Below are positions 14,268-28,425 of a stretch of 64,000 bases of DNA, one piece after another; position 1 is the stretch's first letter; each line of letters starts with the position of its first letter. The stretch spans positions 12,958,001-13,022,000 of the forward strand of contig CM022667.1 of the NCBI GenBank assembly GCA_012295275.1, in the 5' to 3' direction. The notes below the pieces were generated by a model. The model was not told the origin of the DNA. It saw only the letters and a list, made by a program, of their open reading frames with translations, and did no database searches. A program made the translations under genes and the position numbers. Source of the DNA: Chrysomallon squamiferum. Taxonomy: Eukaryota > Animalia > Mollusca.

Positions 14268-15130
14268 ATTATTATTGTTATTATTTTATTATTATTATTT
14301 ATATTAAACAGATACAAATTCAAAGAAGAAAAAGGATTTTAATTATGATAATTTTAGTGTTCTGGATGATGGCGACAATGATGTCTCATTTTACATGAAG
14401 ATCTGGTGGCACTGCAGTTTTTATGTTTTTAATTATGCATAATAATTAGTAACTCAAAGTGATAATAAAACTGTATATAAATATATAAACAATTAAACAA
14501 ATAAATAAATAATAATAATAATAGATTATCATACCCATCTTTATTTTATTATTATTATTATTATTATTACTATTAACTCTTTAAGTAAATATATCTTTAT
14601 ATTCAGTAACAAGGACCTAACAAAATAAAGTTTGTATATTCATTATTTTTCATTTATGTTTTGAAGTTTTACATGAATGTAATATTTCTTTGTTTTTAAC
14701 AGTGAACTCATGAATTTGGTGCAGAAAATGTTTGGTCATTATATTATGAAGGAATGTCTCTACAAAATTAACTTGAAATTTTCTTGTCAAACTAAACTAA
14801 CAAAATTATTGAAACAACATTTTGTCATTACTGTTTTCATCATAACTATAATCTGCAAAAATGTTTCAAATAATAATACCATCACTGCAGTTGCTACTTC
14901 CTACTATTATTATAACATCTACAGCTACTACTACTGCTGCTACTACTACTACTACCATGCAAGTACTATACAATCACAGTTGCTAGTAAACATATTAGTA
15001 ACATTACTACAATACTTGCTCTAATTACAGCTGCTACATCTGTCCTGTTGCTCTGTATACTACTACTAATACAACTACTACTATTCTGCTTCTTTTTACT
15101 GTTACCACAGCAACTACTATTAACATACTT

Positions 15131-15277
15131 AAATCTAATTGGCTATTTTTTTTTTCATATTTTTGCAAAGTGTTTTTAAATTTGTCTCTTTAAAACTACT
15201 ATTAATATGCCAAAATCTAATTGGCTATACTTTTTCTTGTTTTTTAAAGTTTGAATTTAAATTTGTCTCTTTAAAAC
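15131..15277. repeat. Short direct duplication (~65 bp x2)
   Basis: aaatctaattggcta...tttaaatttgtctctttaaaac at ~15131-15196 and ~15213-15277. Confidence 0.8.
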
Positions 15278-16557
15278 ATGAAATCAGTATCAGTAAGAAT
15301 AATTAGAAAGATCTGTGTTTATAAATACTAATAAATATGTTTGTCTCAGTCTGCATAATCTGCTCTGGTCTTCCATGATGTAAACTGGTTGTGTTCAAAT
15401 GTCGCTTACTTACTTAAGTTTCTTTTCTACCAGCATTGTCAAAAAGTTCTGCAGTTCAACTGTGTAATAAATATTCAGTTGGTATCATTGTTTTTTTTTT
15501 GTTGTTCTTATCAATGCATGCTTGAATGTTTTACAATATATTCTGTCAATTTTAATATATATCCTACTTCAATAGTTTGTGTTTTGGGGGAGTATTGGGT
15601 TTTTTTTTGAGGGTTTTTTTCTTTGAAAGGAAATGCATAATTATAATTATATCCCAGTTTGAATAAGATGGATTATGCTAATTTAGTCTGTGTTTACACA
15701 CACACACACACACACAAACACACACATATGTACGTACAGGTGTGTGTGTTTGTGTATTTTTCCATTTACTATATATAACTCATGCCAAAACGTAATGTAT
15801 TACAGATCTAGCTATCTATACAACATGTTAATTTGAAGCCGTTTTGCCAATTTATTAAAACAAGTTATTATTCTATTATTACGCATTATGTTAATTTCAA
15901 AGTGACACGAATAAACAAACAGCCTCGACAACAAAATCAACAATAACCGAGCGGGAAGATAAACAAAAACCTGTTGTTTTGCTACTAATATAAACAACGT
16001 CATCATCAACATGACAGCAACAAAACGCCCGTCTTCGTACGTGATCGGTGTTAAGATACGGAATACAGACGCCGCCAGCGCAATTGTAAAATACGTAAAA
16101 CTGAGTTGATAACCCGCAGTTTATCATCTACCTATCTCGCAGCTGGTTGCAGATCTCTTTTTCACTTAATAACAGCACTCACTGCTAGGTCACAGTTTGA
16201 GGTTTATCAGCGAAGTCACAATATAATAGCTACTTAGCCTTAGGTGGTTTTTGGTGGGGGAATTTTTTTTTTTTTTTTTTTTTATCTACTTGTTACGTCA
16301 AAAAAAAAAAAAAAAAAAAAAAAACCAAAAAAAAAAAAAAAAAACCAACCTTGAACTCGTTTACGCCTAATGGAGAGGATTTGTGACAGTCACGAGTGTG
16401 GAAAAAAAAAAAATTAGATTAAAAAAAATCGAAAAAAAATAAATAAATAAATAAATAAAATAAAATAAAAATAAAAATTTAAAAAAATTAAGAAACTGAA
16501 AAATAAATTAAGAAATTAAAAAATTAAATAAAGTATATAAAGTATAAAAATTAATAA

Positions 16558-16597
<40 letters not shown>

Positions 16598-16776
16598 GTG
16601 AAATGGATGAGAAGAGAAAAAAGTGTTGGGTGGCGGAAAAAGGAAGACACGCTGAGTGAGAGAAAATACGAGTGACAGAAAGTGAAAGAAACAGAAATAA
16701 CGAAAATATAAAACATTAGACAAATCTTTTGAACTGTTTTATTATTTAACATCAAGAAGAATACATATAATTATTA

Positions 16777-16888
<112 letters not shown>

Positions 16889-17741
16889 ATAATGAATAAT
16901 TGCCAGTGATTAAAAAATTAAAATGTACTTATATATAAATATGACTCAAATATTCTTGATCTAATCTGTCGCTTTGTTTGTTTGGCCGTTTGTCCCTCTC
17001 TTTCTCTGCTTGTCTTTCTAACGCTCCTTTGTATTTGTGTAAATGTACGCCTGTATATGTGCACGTGCTGCAGGTCACAATTCCGGGACACAAAGAGTGG
17101 TAGTCAGTTCGACGCTTCCCTTTGTTAACGTGTACAGAGTTGTTTGTGGAGTATAAAATAATTACATTTCAGTTCATATGTAATGTTTTTATTTCCCGAT
17201 CATGTGAAACTGACACCCACACGCACACCCACACGCACGTTCAAAATCACAGAGACTCATAACACTTATAATTTTCCGGGCATGTGACAGATTATTAACG
17301 GGTTTATTATGTCAGCAATTGGGAATTTTTCTTTAAATGTATGAGTAACCAGCAACAGCATTATAATTTGAATAGCTTCGTACTTTGAAACTGCAGTACT
17401 ATTAGTTTGGTTGTATTAGTAGAAGTACTGGTATGTATGTTTGTAAGTATGTACGTATGTGGTAGCAGCAGTAGCAGCAGTTTGTGTGCAGTAGTAATAA
17501 CAGTCATAGTAGTAGTTGCAGCTGTGGTTGTGGTGGTTGCGGTAGTAATTGTGATATTGGTAGAAGTGGTATTAGTGGTGACAGTAAATAAATAAATATT
17601 GCACATGAGAACTAATGCACTGTACTAATGCACACACATACACACACACATACACACAAACTAAATGTAATATTTGAAAATTAAATATAATATTGATAGG
17701 ATTTAATTAATATATTATTATATTTGGATTTCTTTTTTTAA

Positions 17742-17805
<64 letters not shown>

Positions 17806-18334
17806 ACACACAACGTCACTTTAAATTAGTAACCTATTTCGGACCATATCTTATTCAGTCACAAAGGGCCCCCACAGTTTTATTCCCGTTTTTCCCCGGA
17901 CTTTCTACTTTTATTTTATTTTATTTTTCCACCTCACTGGGTTGACCTCTCCTTACTTGACAAAACCGTTAACCGAGATACAGAAAGCAGCACTGAAAGA
18001 AAAACCAAGACATCGATTTGATATAATAACTGTATAAGCTGTGCGTGCATGTTAACTCGTTTATTACGCCTTACTAATAATACACTTTTAATACAACGAA
18101 CCGAGAGTGCACGCAGAGACCGTGGACTTTATTCAGGGCATTGTTTTATATGATGTAAGGCGTTTAATGAATCATAGCATTTAGTAAGTCAGCGCTATAC
18201 TTCTGAAGGTTGATTATTTTGGGATCACCGGCTGGGAGTGTGTTTAAGTGTGCATGTACAAGTGCGTGTGCGTATATACGAGTAAGAATGTATGTTTGTG
18301 TGTGTGGGTGTGTGTGTAATTAATGTTTTTGGTT

Positions 18335-18412
<78 letters not shown>

Positions 18413-18610
18413 TACATAAATATATAAATGAGAATATATTATAGATGGACTGACAGATAGTATAGAGTAGATAGATAGAAGACGGTAGAAATGCATACGT
18501 AGATTTAAAGAGATAGTTACAGATAAACAGATAGAAAGGAATTAAGTTACAGGTCGTAAATGACAGAAATCTAGCGGTCACATACACAAACACCCACTCA
18601 CACTTATACA

Positions 18611-18664
<54 letters not shown>

Positions 18665-19366
18665 AATGAATTAACAGAATTACTAATCAATAATAAACAA
18701 CATTCATTAGAAATAAAATTGATTTAAAATATGTGTATTATTAAAGTACCCTGTCCGGTACCTGAACATCGGTAGTTATGCAAGATTAATTGATACTAAT
18801 TATAGAAACACATGGATGACGGCTGCTTGACGTCAGATGGGAAACACCGATATAAAAATGGTCTAAAATTATTTTTAGTAACAAAAGCTGACGCGTTTTG
18901 TTCGCGGTTACAAAGCATGGCGACCTTTTGGTGAAATTGGATCATTTCTGGTTTCTTTGTCAGTTGAAAATAGATTTCAGTCAGCTTTATTTACAGTTTC
19001 CATTTCAGTTTCAGGTTAAACAACAACAACAAAAAACCCCCAAAAAAATTAGAAAATCGAGGGAAATAAGTATAGGAAAAAAGTATTTCAGTTTAGGAAG
19101 TAAAGTACACGGTAAATATATTTTAGTAGCCACGTAAAAAATACAAAATAAATAAATAAAGAGATTATAATAGATAAAGACAGACTATAAAGAAACAGAT
19201 CAGGCTGAAATACAAATATTAATTAATGTACGGGAATGAACTGACACGATTTAAAATTGAATTCTTTATTAACAATGCAAGATAATATTTGATAAAAACA
19301 TTCTTGAAGTACCATAGTGCTTTTTTGTTGTTTTTTCTCATTATTATTGATAAATATAATTATTAT

Positions 19367-19506
19367 TACCAAGATAATTATCTCATCGATGTGTTAGTTA
19401 AGTTATGTTATGTTAGATTATGTTAGATTATGTTATGTTATGTCAGGTTATGTTATGTTAGGTTATGTTATGTTATGTTAAACCGATGAGATAATAATCT
19501 TAGGTA
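19367..19506. mobile_element. Small foldback/MITE-like element: ~22-bp inverted ends around a (GTTAT/GTTAG)n core
   Basis: Left TACC-AAGATAATTATCTCATCG; reverse complement of right end TACCTAAGATTATTATCTCATCG. Confidence 0.55.
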
Positions 19507-20034
19507 TTTATGATATGTTAATATGTAACAGTAATCTTATCAGTTACACTCAGGGGATAGTTTACATGAATATAAACAAAAACAAATATAATTCACCTTT
19601 TTAAAATCTAACGTTGGTTCAGATTTATACATTTATTTATGGTTTCTATGTCAGCGTTGAAAACAGATTTTAGTCTTCTTCTTTTCTTTTTTCTTTTTTT
19701 TCGTATTTTACGTTTCAGGTTTCACGTTCCAAGAAAAGATTAAAAATATATATCTATATATTAAATAAATAAATAAAGAGATTATAACAGGTAAAGACAA
19801 ACTGTAAATAAACAGATGAGGCCAACAATATACAGTAGTGTGATAACAACAGACGTTATAACAAAGAACAACATTGTGATAGATATAACTACTGAATATT
19901 TGCTAGTACATACACACACACACACATATATCCATATACACGCATACATATACTCAAACATACATTCACACACACTCATACACACATACCTACATACACT
20001 TATACACTGATACATTTATACATACATACATACA

Positions 20035-20065
<31 letters not shown>

Positions 20066-20267
20066 GTAGACGTAGCAGTCGCCGTCTTAATAGTCTTAGT
20101 AGTAACAGTAAACGTTACCTTACATAGTCAGGATAAAACTCTGATATTAGCACCATCAATATACAAAATTTAAATAAAAAATTTAGTATATAACCATAAT
20201 TAATTATATGATTTTAATGTTTGGGTATTTTCTTATTCTTATTTTATTTATTTATTTATTTAGGTAC

Positions 20268-20336
<69 letters not shown>

Positions 20337-21193
20337 GTTTGCTTAGTTTATTTATGAATGTTGAATTGTGTTATATCCTGAAATAAATCATGACATTTTG
20401 AAATGTACAGGCCTAAACAATGAAAGGGATTTTAAAAGAAAACTTATAAAACAAGAATGCAATATATTAATAATCGTTTTACATTCTGTTGTTTTATTAA
20501 AACATAAAATTTGTATTTAAATAGTATTTTAATATATACATATATTTGCATTTGTATTGTAATTTGAATTTTAGAGGCGACGGCAAACTTTGCCTGTTGG
20601 ACAAATTATTTAAAAAGAACTTCATTTAAGCTCACGAAGTTTACTAATTATATGTAAATATATATATTACGATGAGTTTAATGAAATCGGAATGACCTTT
20701 TCAATATTTATGAATTCCTTTTATACCCATATAAATCAAAGATAGCTGATTATATATACATACATACGAAACACACTCAAACTTACTTTCAACATTTGAT
20801 ATTTAGTTTGGCCAAATGCAGCTTTTCGATTGACTCTCATTCGTTACAAAATAATAATTTATTTCTGGTTTACCTACAGTGTTATTTACTATTAATGCAT
20901 CTATTATATTATATTCATACACCAGTTGATAAAACAGAAGTAGCGGTTTTTGTAATATTATATGAACATTTCCTCCTATAATGTTCTTGTTGCCATTGTC
21001 TACGACAATATCACTTTATCGGTAACAGATGTTTCCGAGATCTCGTAATGGGCTCTTTCACAAATTGTAATTTAAGCTTCTGCTCTCGTAGTAAGTATAT
21101 AACACTGAAACTCAGAGATGATTGCAGTTAGTGTCACATTTGATGTGTTTAAAATCAACGTTAAAAGCTCTAGGACCCATTTTACTTCTTACA

Positions 21194-21241
<48 letters not shown>

Positions 21242-23314
21242 GTTGTTGTTGTTGTTGTGAAGTGTAAAAAAAAAAAGACTTTTAAGAAAAGAAGAAATAT
21301 ATAGATGAAACTGAATGCATAGGCATAACTGCACTAGACCTACTAAATTAGGCATGACATGACACGATACACTTCTCATTATAATTATTACTGTGCTTGT
21401 TGATATTATTGCAGCTTCTGCTGTTTTTGTTATAAACATAATTCAATTTTTGAAATACCGCTATATTTTTTTTGGTGGTATTTTTTTGTTCGAATTATGT
21501 CATTATGTTATTTGATCAAAGTCCATAGTACAAATAAAATGTTAATATCGAGGGCGGACCCAAATTAATAACAGGTGGGTTCTGCCGAAGGTTTACGAGT
21601 AGTATAAAAATGATACCCATAGAGGAGACAACAAAATAGTAACAACAAGAACAGTCATTCCCTACAAATAAATAAATAAATAAATGGTACAAGAGAAAGA
21701 AGCTAAAATCAAAAAACAGAACAATTCTGGTACAATACAAGAAACATGGGGAAATAATCAAACTGTCCAGCCTGGAATGTCGTTTTTCGGGGGCATAAGA
21801 AATGCGAACCTCGAGAGTTTGCTAAAACTTTAACTATCAAAAATACAGACTTGCTAAATTGCAGATTTGTATATGAATATCCGATAGTTAGATGACACAT
21901 AAGATTTAAGGAAACGTGGTAAAAGTTTGTAATATACTGCAAGCCGTCACATGTAAATCTTGTTCAGTTGACAACGTCTGATATTGTTACTACAACATTA
22001 GCATAGTGCTTTAAACTATTTTGACAATGAAATAAGTAAGGGCTTGACATTACGCAAAACAAAGTGTGAAGTCCTGAGATTTATGATTTGCCACAATATA
22101 ATAATACTAGCGAAAAACATTACAGCAGATGAACCAGAAGATACTCAATTTTTTTTTTTTTTTTTTTTTTTTTTAAACCATTTCAGCCATAAAATATATC
22201 AGCCTTGTAATGCTCACAAATGCATTTGTTCTTGTCACATATACTTTACCTCGCAGGCACTAAAGTGTTGAATATTTGATTTGGAATGGCTCGCATTTCA
22301 ATTCTGAAAATTCGAACTCCGTTCGCGAGGTCATTACTAATTCAGTGCCGGAATGTCTTCGCTTTTTACGCAGTTATATGAAATCAAAGTGAAGACTTCA
22401 CTCTTTAATTATTTTATTTATTTTATTTTTTTGTATGTTTGTTTTTATTTGGGTTTTTTCCCGCATTTTCATACAAAAGAACACTTAGACGCGCTAACGG
22501 GATCAAACAGAGCAACCGATTTTCAAGTGGTCGAACTAAACATGGCAGCCGACAGCATTGAGCGAAAAATGAGCTTCTCTGACCGTTTTTGATCAAAAGT
22601 GACAAACCCATCTTTCATATCAGCTAACAAACAAATCACTCAAATGAAAAAAAGCAAAGAAAACACTTTCTCAACATATTCACTTCAAAAGATTGGCTTT
22701 GATTCAATGAAAGAACGTTAGTTGTAAATGATAAAGTTGACAGCGATTTTATTATGCATTTGGGACTATAAAATAATATAATTTACATGCCAAAATTACT
22801 ACTACTACTATAATTAATTTTTTTTATTATTATTTTTTTTTTTTTATTGTTGTTGTTGTTGTTGTTTAATTTGTTACATTTATTTGTTTTAAACGTGTTA
22901 AGATATTGAAATGTTTTGAAACGAGAACAAACTGTCAAACACAGAAACGAAAGGTCGCGGCTAAAACGTGGACTTTGATCTTACGTTCAGATTCAAAGTA
23001 GGATTGACACATTCGTGCTAATTTTTCTGTTTCGCACTTTTATATTTTTATAGTTATCATTCGTACTGCACGTATTAGAGAATAAAATAGTAGTATCAGA
23101 TGACCTCTTTTTCACTTTAAAAAAAAATCCACAGGTTTTAAAATTTTATGTAACATTAATTTGTAAAATGGTTAATGTTTCGTCTTTTTTCTTTCTTTTT
23201 ATCAGTACTTAATGGTATTAAAAATAAAAATGAAACAAGTACAGGATATTAACGTATTTTATATGACATATTTTACAGAAAGCTGAACATTAGCAAAAAT
23301 TAAAAAAAAAATAA

Positions 23315-23363
<49 letters not shown>

Positions 23364-23569
23364 GTGATGATAATGATGATAATAATAAATATTAAGGATT
23401 CCTAGAAATGATTCACTATAACGTACAGTGCTCTTTTTAGTAAGAATATGCCCAAAATATAATTAGCTTTCGATTTCTAAAAAGGTCTTCTGAAGCACCA
23501 CATTTTTCATCATCATCATTATTACTTTGTATTTGATCTAATTTTTGTGAAGAAAGAAATGTTTTCGCG

Positions 23570-23616
<47 letters not shown>

Positions 23617-24079
23617 CAAAAGTTCATTACGGGTAAAAATCTTGGCATACCAATAAATGTTTTTCATATGCCTGTGATAACAGGATCCGCAGCAGTTCAG
23701 GTATCTTTAGGTTTGTTTTTTTTTTTTTTTTTAAACTCTTTATAAATTATGAGTAAAGGTCAGATAAAAATATAATATAACAAGCTGACGAGTTATCTCA
23801 CAATACCCCTGAAAAAAAAAAAAAAAAAAAAAAAATTACTTCATCGGTCATTGCTCCGGTTTTATTTTATCAGATGTTTGAACAAAGATATCAGTATACA
23901 CATTTTTTTTTATTATGTCACTGTGCTACCTTCTTTGAACGGTGAAAAAAAAAAAAAAAAAAAAAGTTCAGATGTCATCTGTCAACTCAGTACTGGACTT
24001 TTTTTTTGATAACTGCACTCGGCAATTTTTTTTTTTTTTTTTTTTTTTTTTGTTGTTATCCTAACAGAGTTAGAGAAAA

Positions 24080-24146
<67 letters not shown>

Positions 24147-24300
24147 AAACATATTTCACATAACAATGCAGGTATTTACGTTAATGCTGATGTTAGTACC
24201 ACCGTTTCTATGAATACACTATTTATACAACCATCACCGCAACCACAACCACAATTACAGTAACTACAACTACTACAACTTCTACAAACACAACTACTAC

Positions 24301-26030
24301 TTCTACTACTGCTACTACTACCAGTACTCATACTACTATAGCTACATTTACTACACTACCACTGCTACTAGTTCTACTACTGCTACTACTACCAGTACTC
24401 ATACTACTATAGCTACATTTACTACACTACCACTGCTACTAGTTCTACTACTGCTACTACTACCAGTACTCATACTACTATAGCTACATTTACTACACTA
24501 CCACTGCTACTAGTTCTACTACTGCTACTACTACCAGTACTCATACTACTATAGCTACATTTACTACACTACCACTGCTACTAGTTCTACTACTGCTACT
24601 ACTACCAGTACTCATACTACTATAGCTACATTTACTACACTACAACTGCTACTAGTTCTACTACTGCTACTACTACCAGTACTCATACTACTATAGCTAC
24701 ATTTACTACACTACAGCTGCTACTAGTTCTACTACTGCTACTACTACCAGTACTCATACTACTATAGCTACATTTACTACACTACCACTGCTACTAGTAC
24801 CAGTCTCTACTACTGCTACTACTACGAGTACTCATACTACTATAGCTACATTTACTACACTACCACACTACCACTGCTACTAGTTCTACTACTGCCACTA
24901 CTACCAGTACTCATACTACTATAGCTACATTTACTACACTACCACACTACCACTGCTACTAGTTCTACTACTGCTACTACTACCAGTACTCATACTACTA
25001 TAGCTACATTTACTACACTACCACACTACCACTGCTACTAGTTCTACTACTGCTACTACTACCAGTACTCATACTACTATAGCTACATTTTACTACACCA
25101 CCACTGCTACTAGTTCTACTACTACTACTAGTACTCATACTACTATAGCTACATTTACTACACTACCACTGCTACTAGTTCTACTACTGCTACTACTACC
25201 AGTACTCATACTACTATAGCTACATTTACTACACTACCACTGCTACTAGTTCTACTACTGCTACTACTACGAGTACTCATACTACTATAGCTACATTTAC
25301 TACACTACCACACTACCACTGCTACTAGTTCTACTACTGCTACTACTACGAGTACTCATACTACTATAGCTACATTTACTACACTACCACACTACCACTG
25401 CTACTAGTTCTACTACTGCTACTACTACGAGTACTCATACTACTATAGCTACATTTACTACACTACCACACTACCACTGCTACTAGTTCTACTACTGCTA
25501 CTACTACCAGTACTCATACTACTGCTACTACTACCAGTACTCATACTACTATAGCTACATTTACTACACTACCACACTACCACTGCTACTAGTTCTACTA
25601 CTGCTACTACTACCAGTACTCATACTACTATAGCTACATTTACTACACTACCACACTACCACTGCTACTAGTTCTACTACTGCTACTACTACCAGTACTC
25701 ATACTACTATAGCTACATTTACTACACTACCACTGCTACTAGTTCTACTACTACTACTAGTACTCATACTACTATAGCTACATTTACTACACTACCACTG
25801 CTACTAGTTCTACTACTGCTACTACTACCAGTACTCATACTACTATAGCTACATTTACTACACTACCACACTACCACTGCTACTAGTTCTACTACTGCCA
25901 CTACTACCAGTACTCATACTACTATAGCTACATTTACTACACTACCACTGCTACTAGTTCTACTACTGCTACTACTACCAGTACTCATACTACTATAGCT
26001 ATATTTACTACTACTACTAGTACTCATTAT
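24301..26030. repeat. Minisatellite, ~71-bp unit (79-bp variant with extra ACACTACC), about 23 copies
   Basis: Unit ttctactactgctactactaccagtactcatactactatagctacatttactacactaccactgctactag at 24301, 24372, ...; fades into (CTA)n-like sequence on both sides. Confidence 0.97.
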
Positions 26031-26145
26031 ACTGTTTCTACATTTACTACTACTGCTAGTACTTTGATGTTGTACTACTACCTAGTAGTAGTACTCACAC
26101 AACTATTGATACATTTACTACAACCACTGCTACTACTTCAACTAT

Positions 26146-26201
<56 letters not shown>

Positions 26202-26487
26202 TTAATGCTGCAACACAAACAACAACTCCTACTATTAATAATGATAATTATAGAGCAAAGTGAACCTGATCAGGCAATGAGAAACTGCAGAGTATGAATA
26301 AAAAAAGAATGGGCAAAAATCCTTTTCACTCTGTTGTTGTTTTCGACTGATCTGTTGACACAAATAAATAAATAAATAAATGACTCTCTGTCGCTGTACT
26401 CAATTTACTTAAGCATTAGAACCAAAACGGCAAAGCTACAGCATCCGTTTATGACTGTTAAGTAGTTTTATACAGTTTTATACAGTC

Positions 26488-26522
<35 letters not shown>

Positions 26523-27594
26523 CTTCCGCATCGTTTTCTTTTTCCATGTTAATATTTCATTTTGTAATTATATACTAAGATTTATTTATTTATTTATTTA
26601 TTTTACAGTATTTTATTTTAATAAAATTCCCTCGCCACCCCAAAAGAGTTCTTCATTAGGTTCATCACAAACATCAACATCAACATTGACATCGTGATAC
26701 TCATTATGATCATTGGTGTGATACAACGTCACCACTGCTGGTAACAATATTAATAATGACAGTAATAACAGCAGCAGCAGCAGCAACAACAACCACAATA
26801 ACAATAGTAATAATAATAACAACGACAACAACAACAACAACAACAATAACAATAATAATAAAGTCTAAAGCGTGTTGTGGAACTGGAGTTTGCCACTCAT
26901 TTTGAACTTTGTTTCTAAAGTTTGACGTGCAAGTACGCTCATATCTAACAGCTGACGGTAGACGGGTTCAAATGATACTCGGGTATCAAATCATAATATG
27001 CGCGAGTACTTTATACGTGCATCCAAACGTAAATATATGACATTAGTTAAAATAATACGTGGCTTACAAAGCTATAAATTTAGAAATATGGAAATCGAAA
27101 TTTCCCGGGAAATATTTCCCGTATTGGTATATAAATAATTCTCTGAATAATTTTGAATAATTTAATTACATCCTGGTTGTTCTCGAGGAAATGAACACGG
27201 GAACAAAGGTCGTGGTGGTGTAGCGCATGCCCACACGAAATCCGTCAATGCTGCCTGCAAAATAAACCTGTTTATATTTAATCTGATTTTTGTTGAACGG
27301 ATTTCTCTCTCTCTCTCTGTGTGTGTGGATTAATTATATCGAAAAATTACAACCCCCCCCCCAATAGTTTTAGACTTTGCACCCATCAAGACGTTGTTTA
27401 TCTAGGTTGCTGAACTTTTAACCTATATAACTTACGATTTTGTCACTGATTTTATTTGACAATAGTCACTAACTAATTTTCATTTATAGTAATATTTCTT
27501 AATTAAAATGAGGAAGGTTTTAATAATTAAGCACTGGAAATACGCGTGTAAAAGATACTGTAGTAAACACAATCCTCGCTTGATGACACCAAAT

Positions 27595-27700
27595 GGTCAC
27601 GTGTATTTGTTGTTATTTTAGGAGTGTAACCACGCCTCTAATATCTGATTGGTTCCTCTGTGAAAAGTTTCTTTTCATTGGCGAAAGTGCACGTGATGCT
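27595..27700 (+). promoter_or_regulatory. Candidate MYLIP proximal promoter (two CACGTG E-boxes, two ATTGG/CCAAT boxes, CCACGCC GT-box)
   Basis: CACGTG at 27598 and 27690 (CACGTGAT), ATTGG at ~27648 and ~27677, CCACGCC at ~27630; 130-230 bp upstream of the ATG in a CpG-retaining region. Confidence 0.55.
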
Positions 27701-27829
27701 TACTTCATCGGATTTTTTTCTCCATGATTGTTTTTCTCAAAAGCTCTTGGCCTATTTATTGCAGAAGTTAATGTTTGGAGGTTCGAAGAACATTACTTAT
27801 ACGTGCGGACAAAACTTAAAGAATTAATA

Positions 27830-27916
27830 ATGTGGTGTTTTGTGTCGCAACTGAATTCTGTTGTTTTGGAGATCGAAGTTGATCCGAGAGCTGATGGGCA
27901 ATTGTGCTTAGATAAG
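27830..27916 (+). CDS. MYLIP: MYLIP exon 1 ([29 protein letters not shown])
   Basis: ATG at 27830, GTAATT donor. Confidence 0.92.
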
Positions 27917-28387
27917 GTAATTTTATGCCGGTAGCTTTTGATGTTAAATAAATCAGATATTTTGAGTTTAACATTTTAATAGGTGATTAGAATGACATTT
28001 TTGTTTATCGTTAAAACGACTGTAAATAGATATAAGACGAAGTCGAATTGCATCCCTTTATTTTAGCAGAAATTTGCTGCAATTTCTTTGTTTACACGAT
28101 CAGCTGTTTGTCAAATGGAAAACAAAATGGCGGCGATGGGTCAAAGTCCAGTTTTATTCCATTACCGTAAAGCACTAAGAAATAAAATAAAAAATGGCCA
28201 TACTGTAGGGCATTATTGGAAATGAACAAAGAATACAAAAATTAAGAATTAATGTTTAGTTAATACTACATATACTAATGATTTCGAAACGGCCAGATAT
28301 TTTGAAAAAACGAACAGAGAACAAAATCATTTTGTTTTTCTTAGAGTTCCACAAAGGATTTCGATGGAAAGGTGAATGACCTAAACT

Positions 28388-28425
<38 letters not shown>

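Noticed and set aside
24301-26030. Regular repeat array as a CRISPR or a mucin-like coding exon
   Set aside because: Units are contiguous with no unique spacers, the context is eukaryotic, the 71/79-bp periods are not multiples of 3, and stop codons are frequent.
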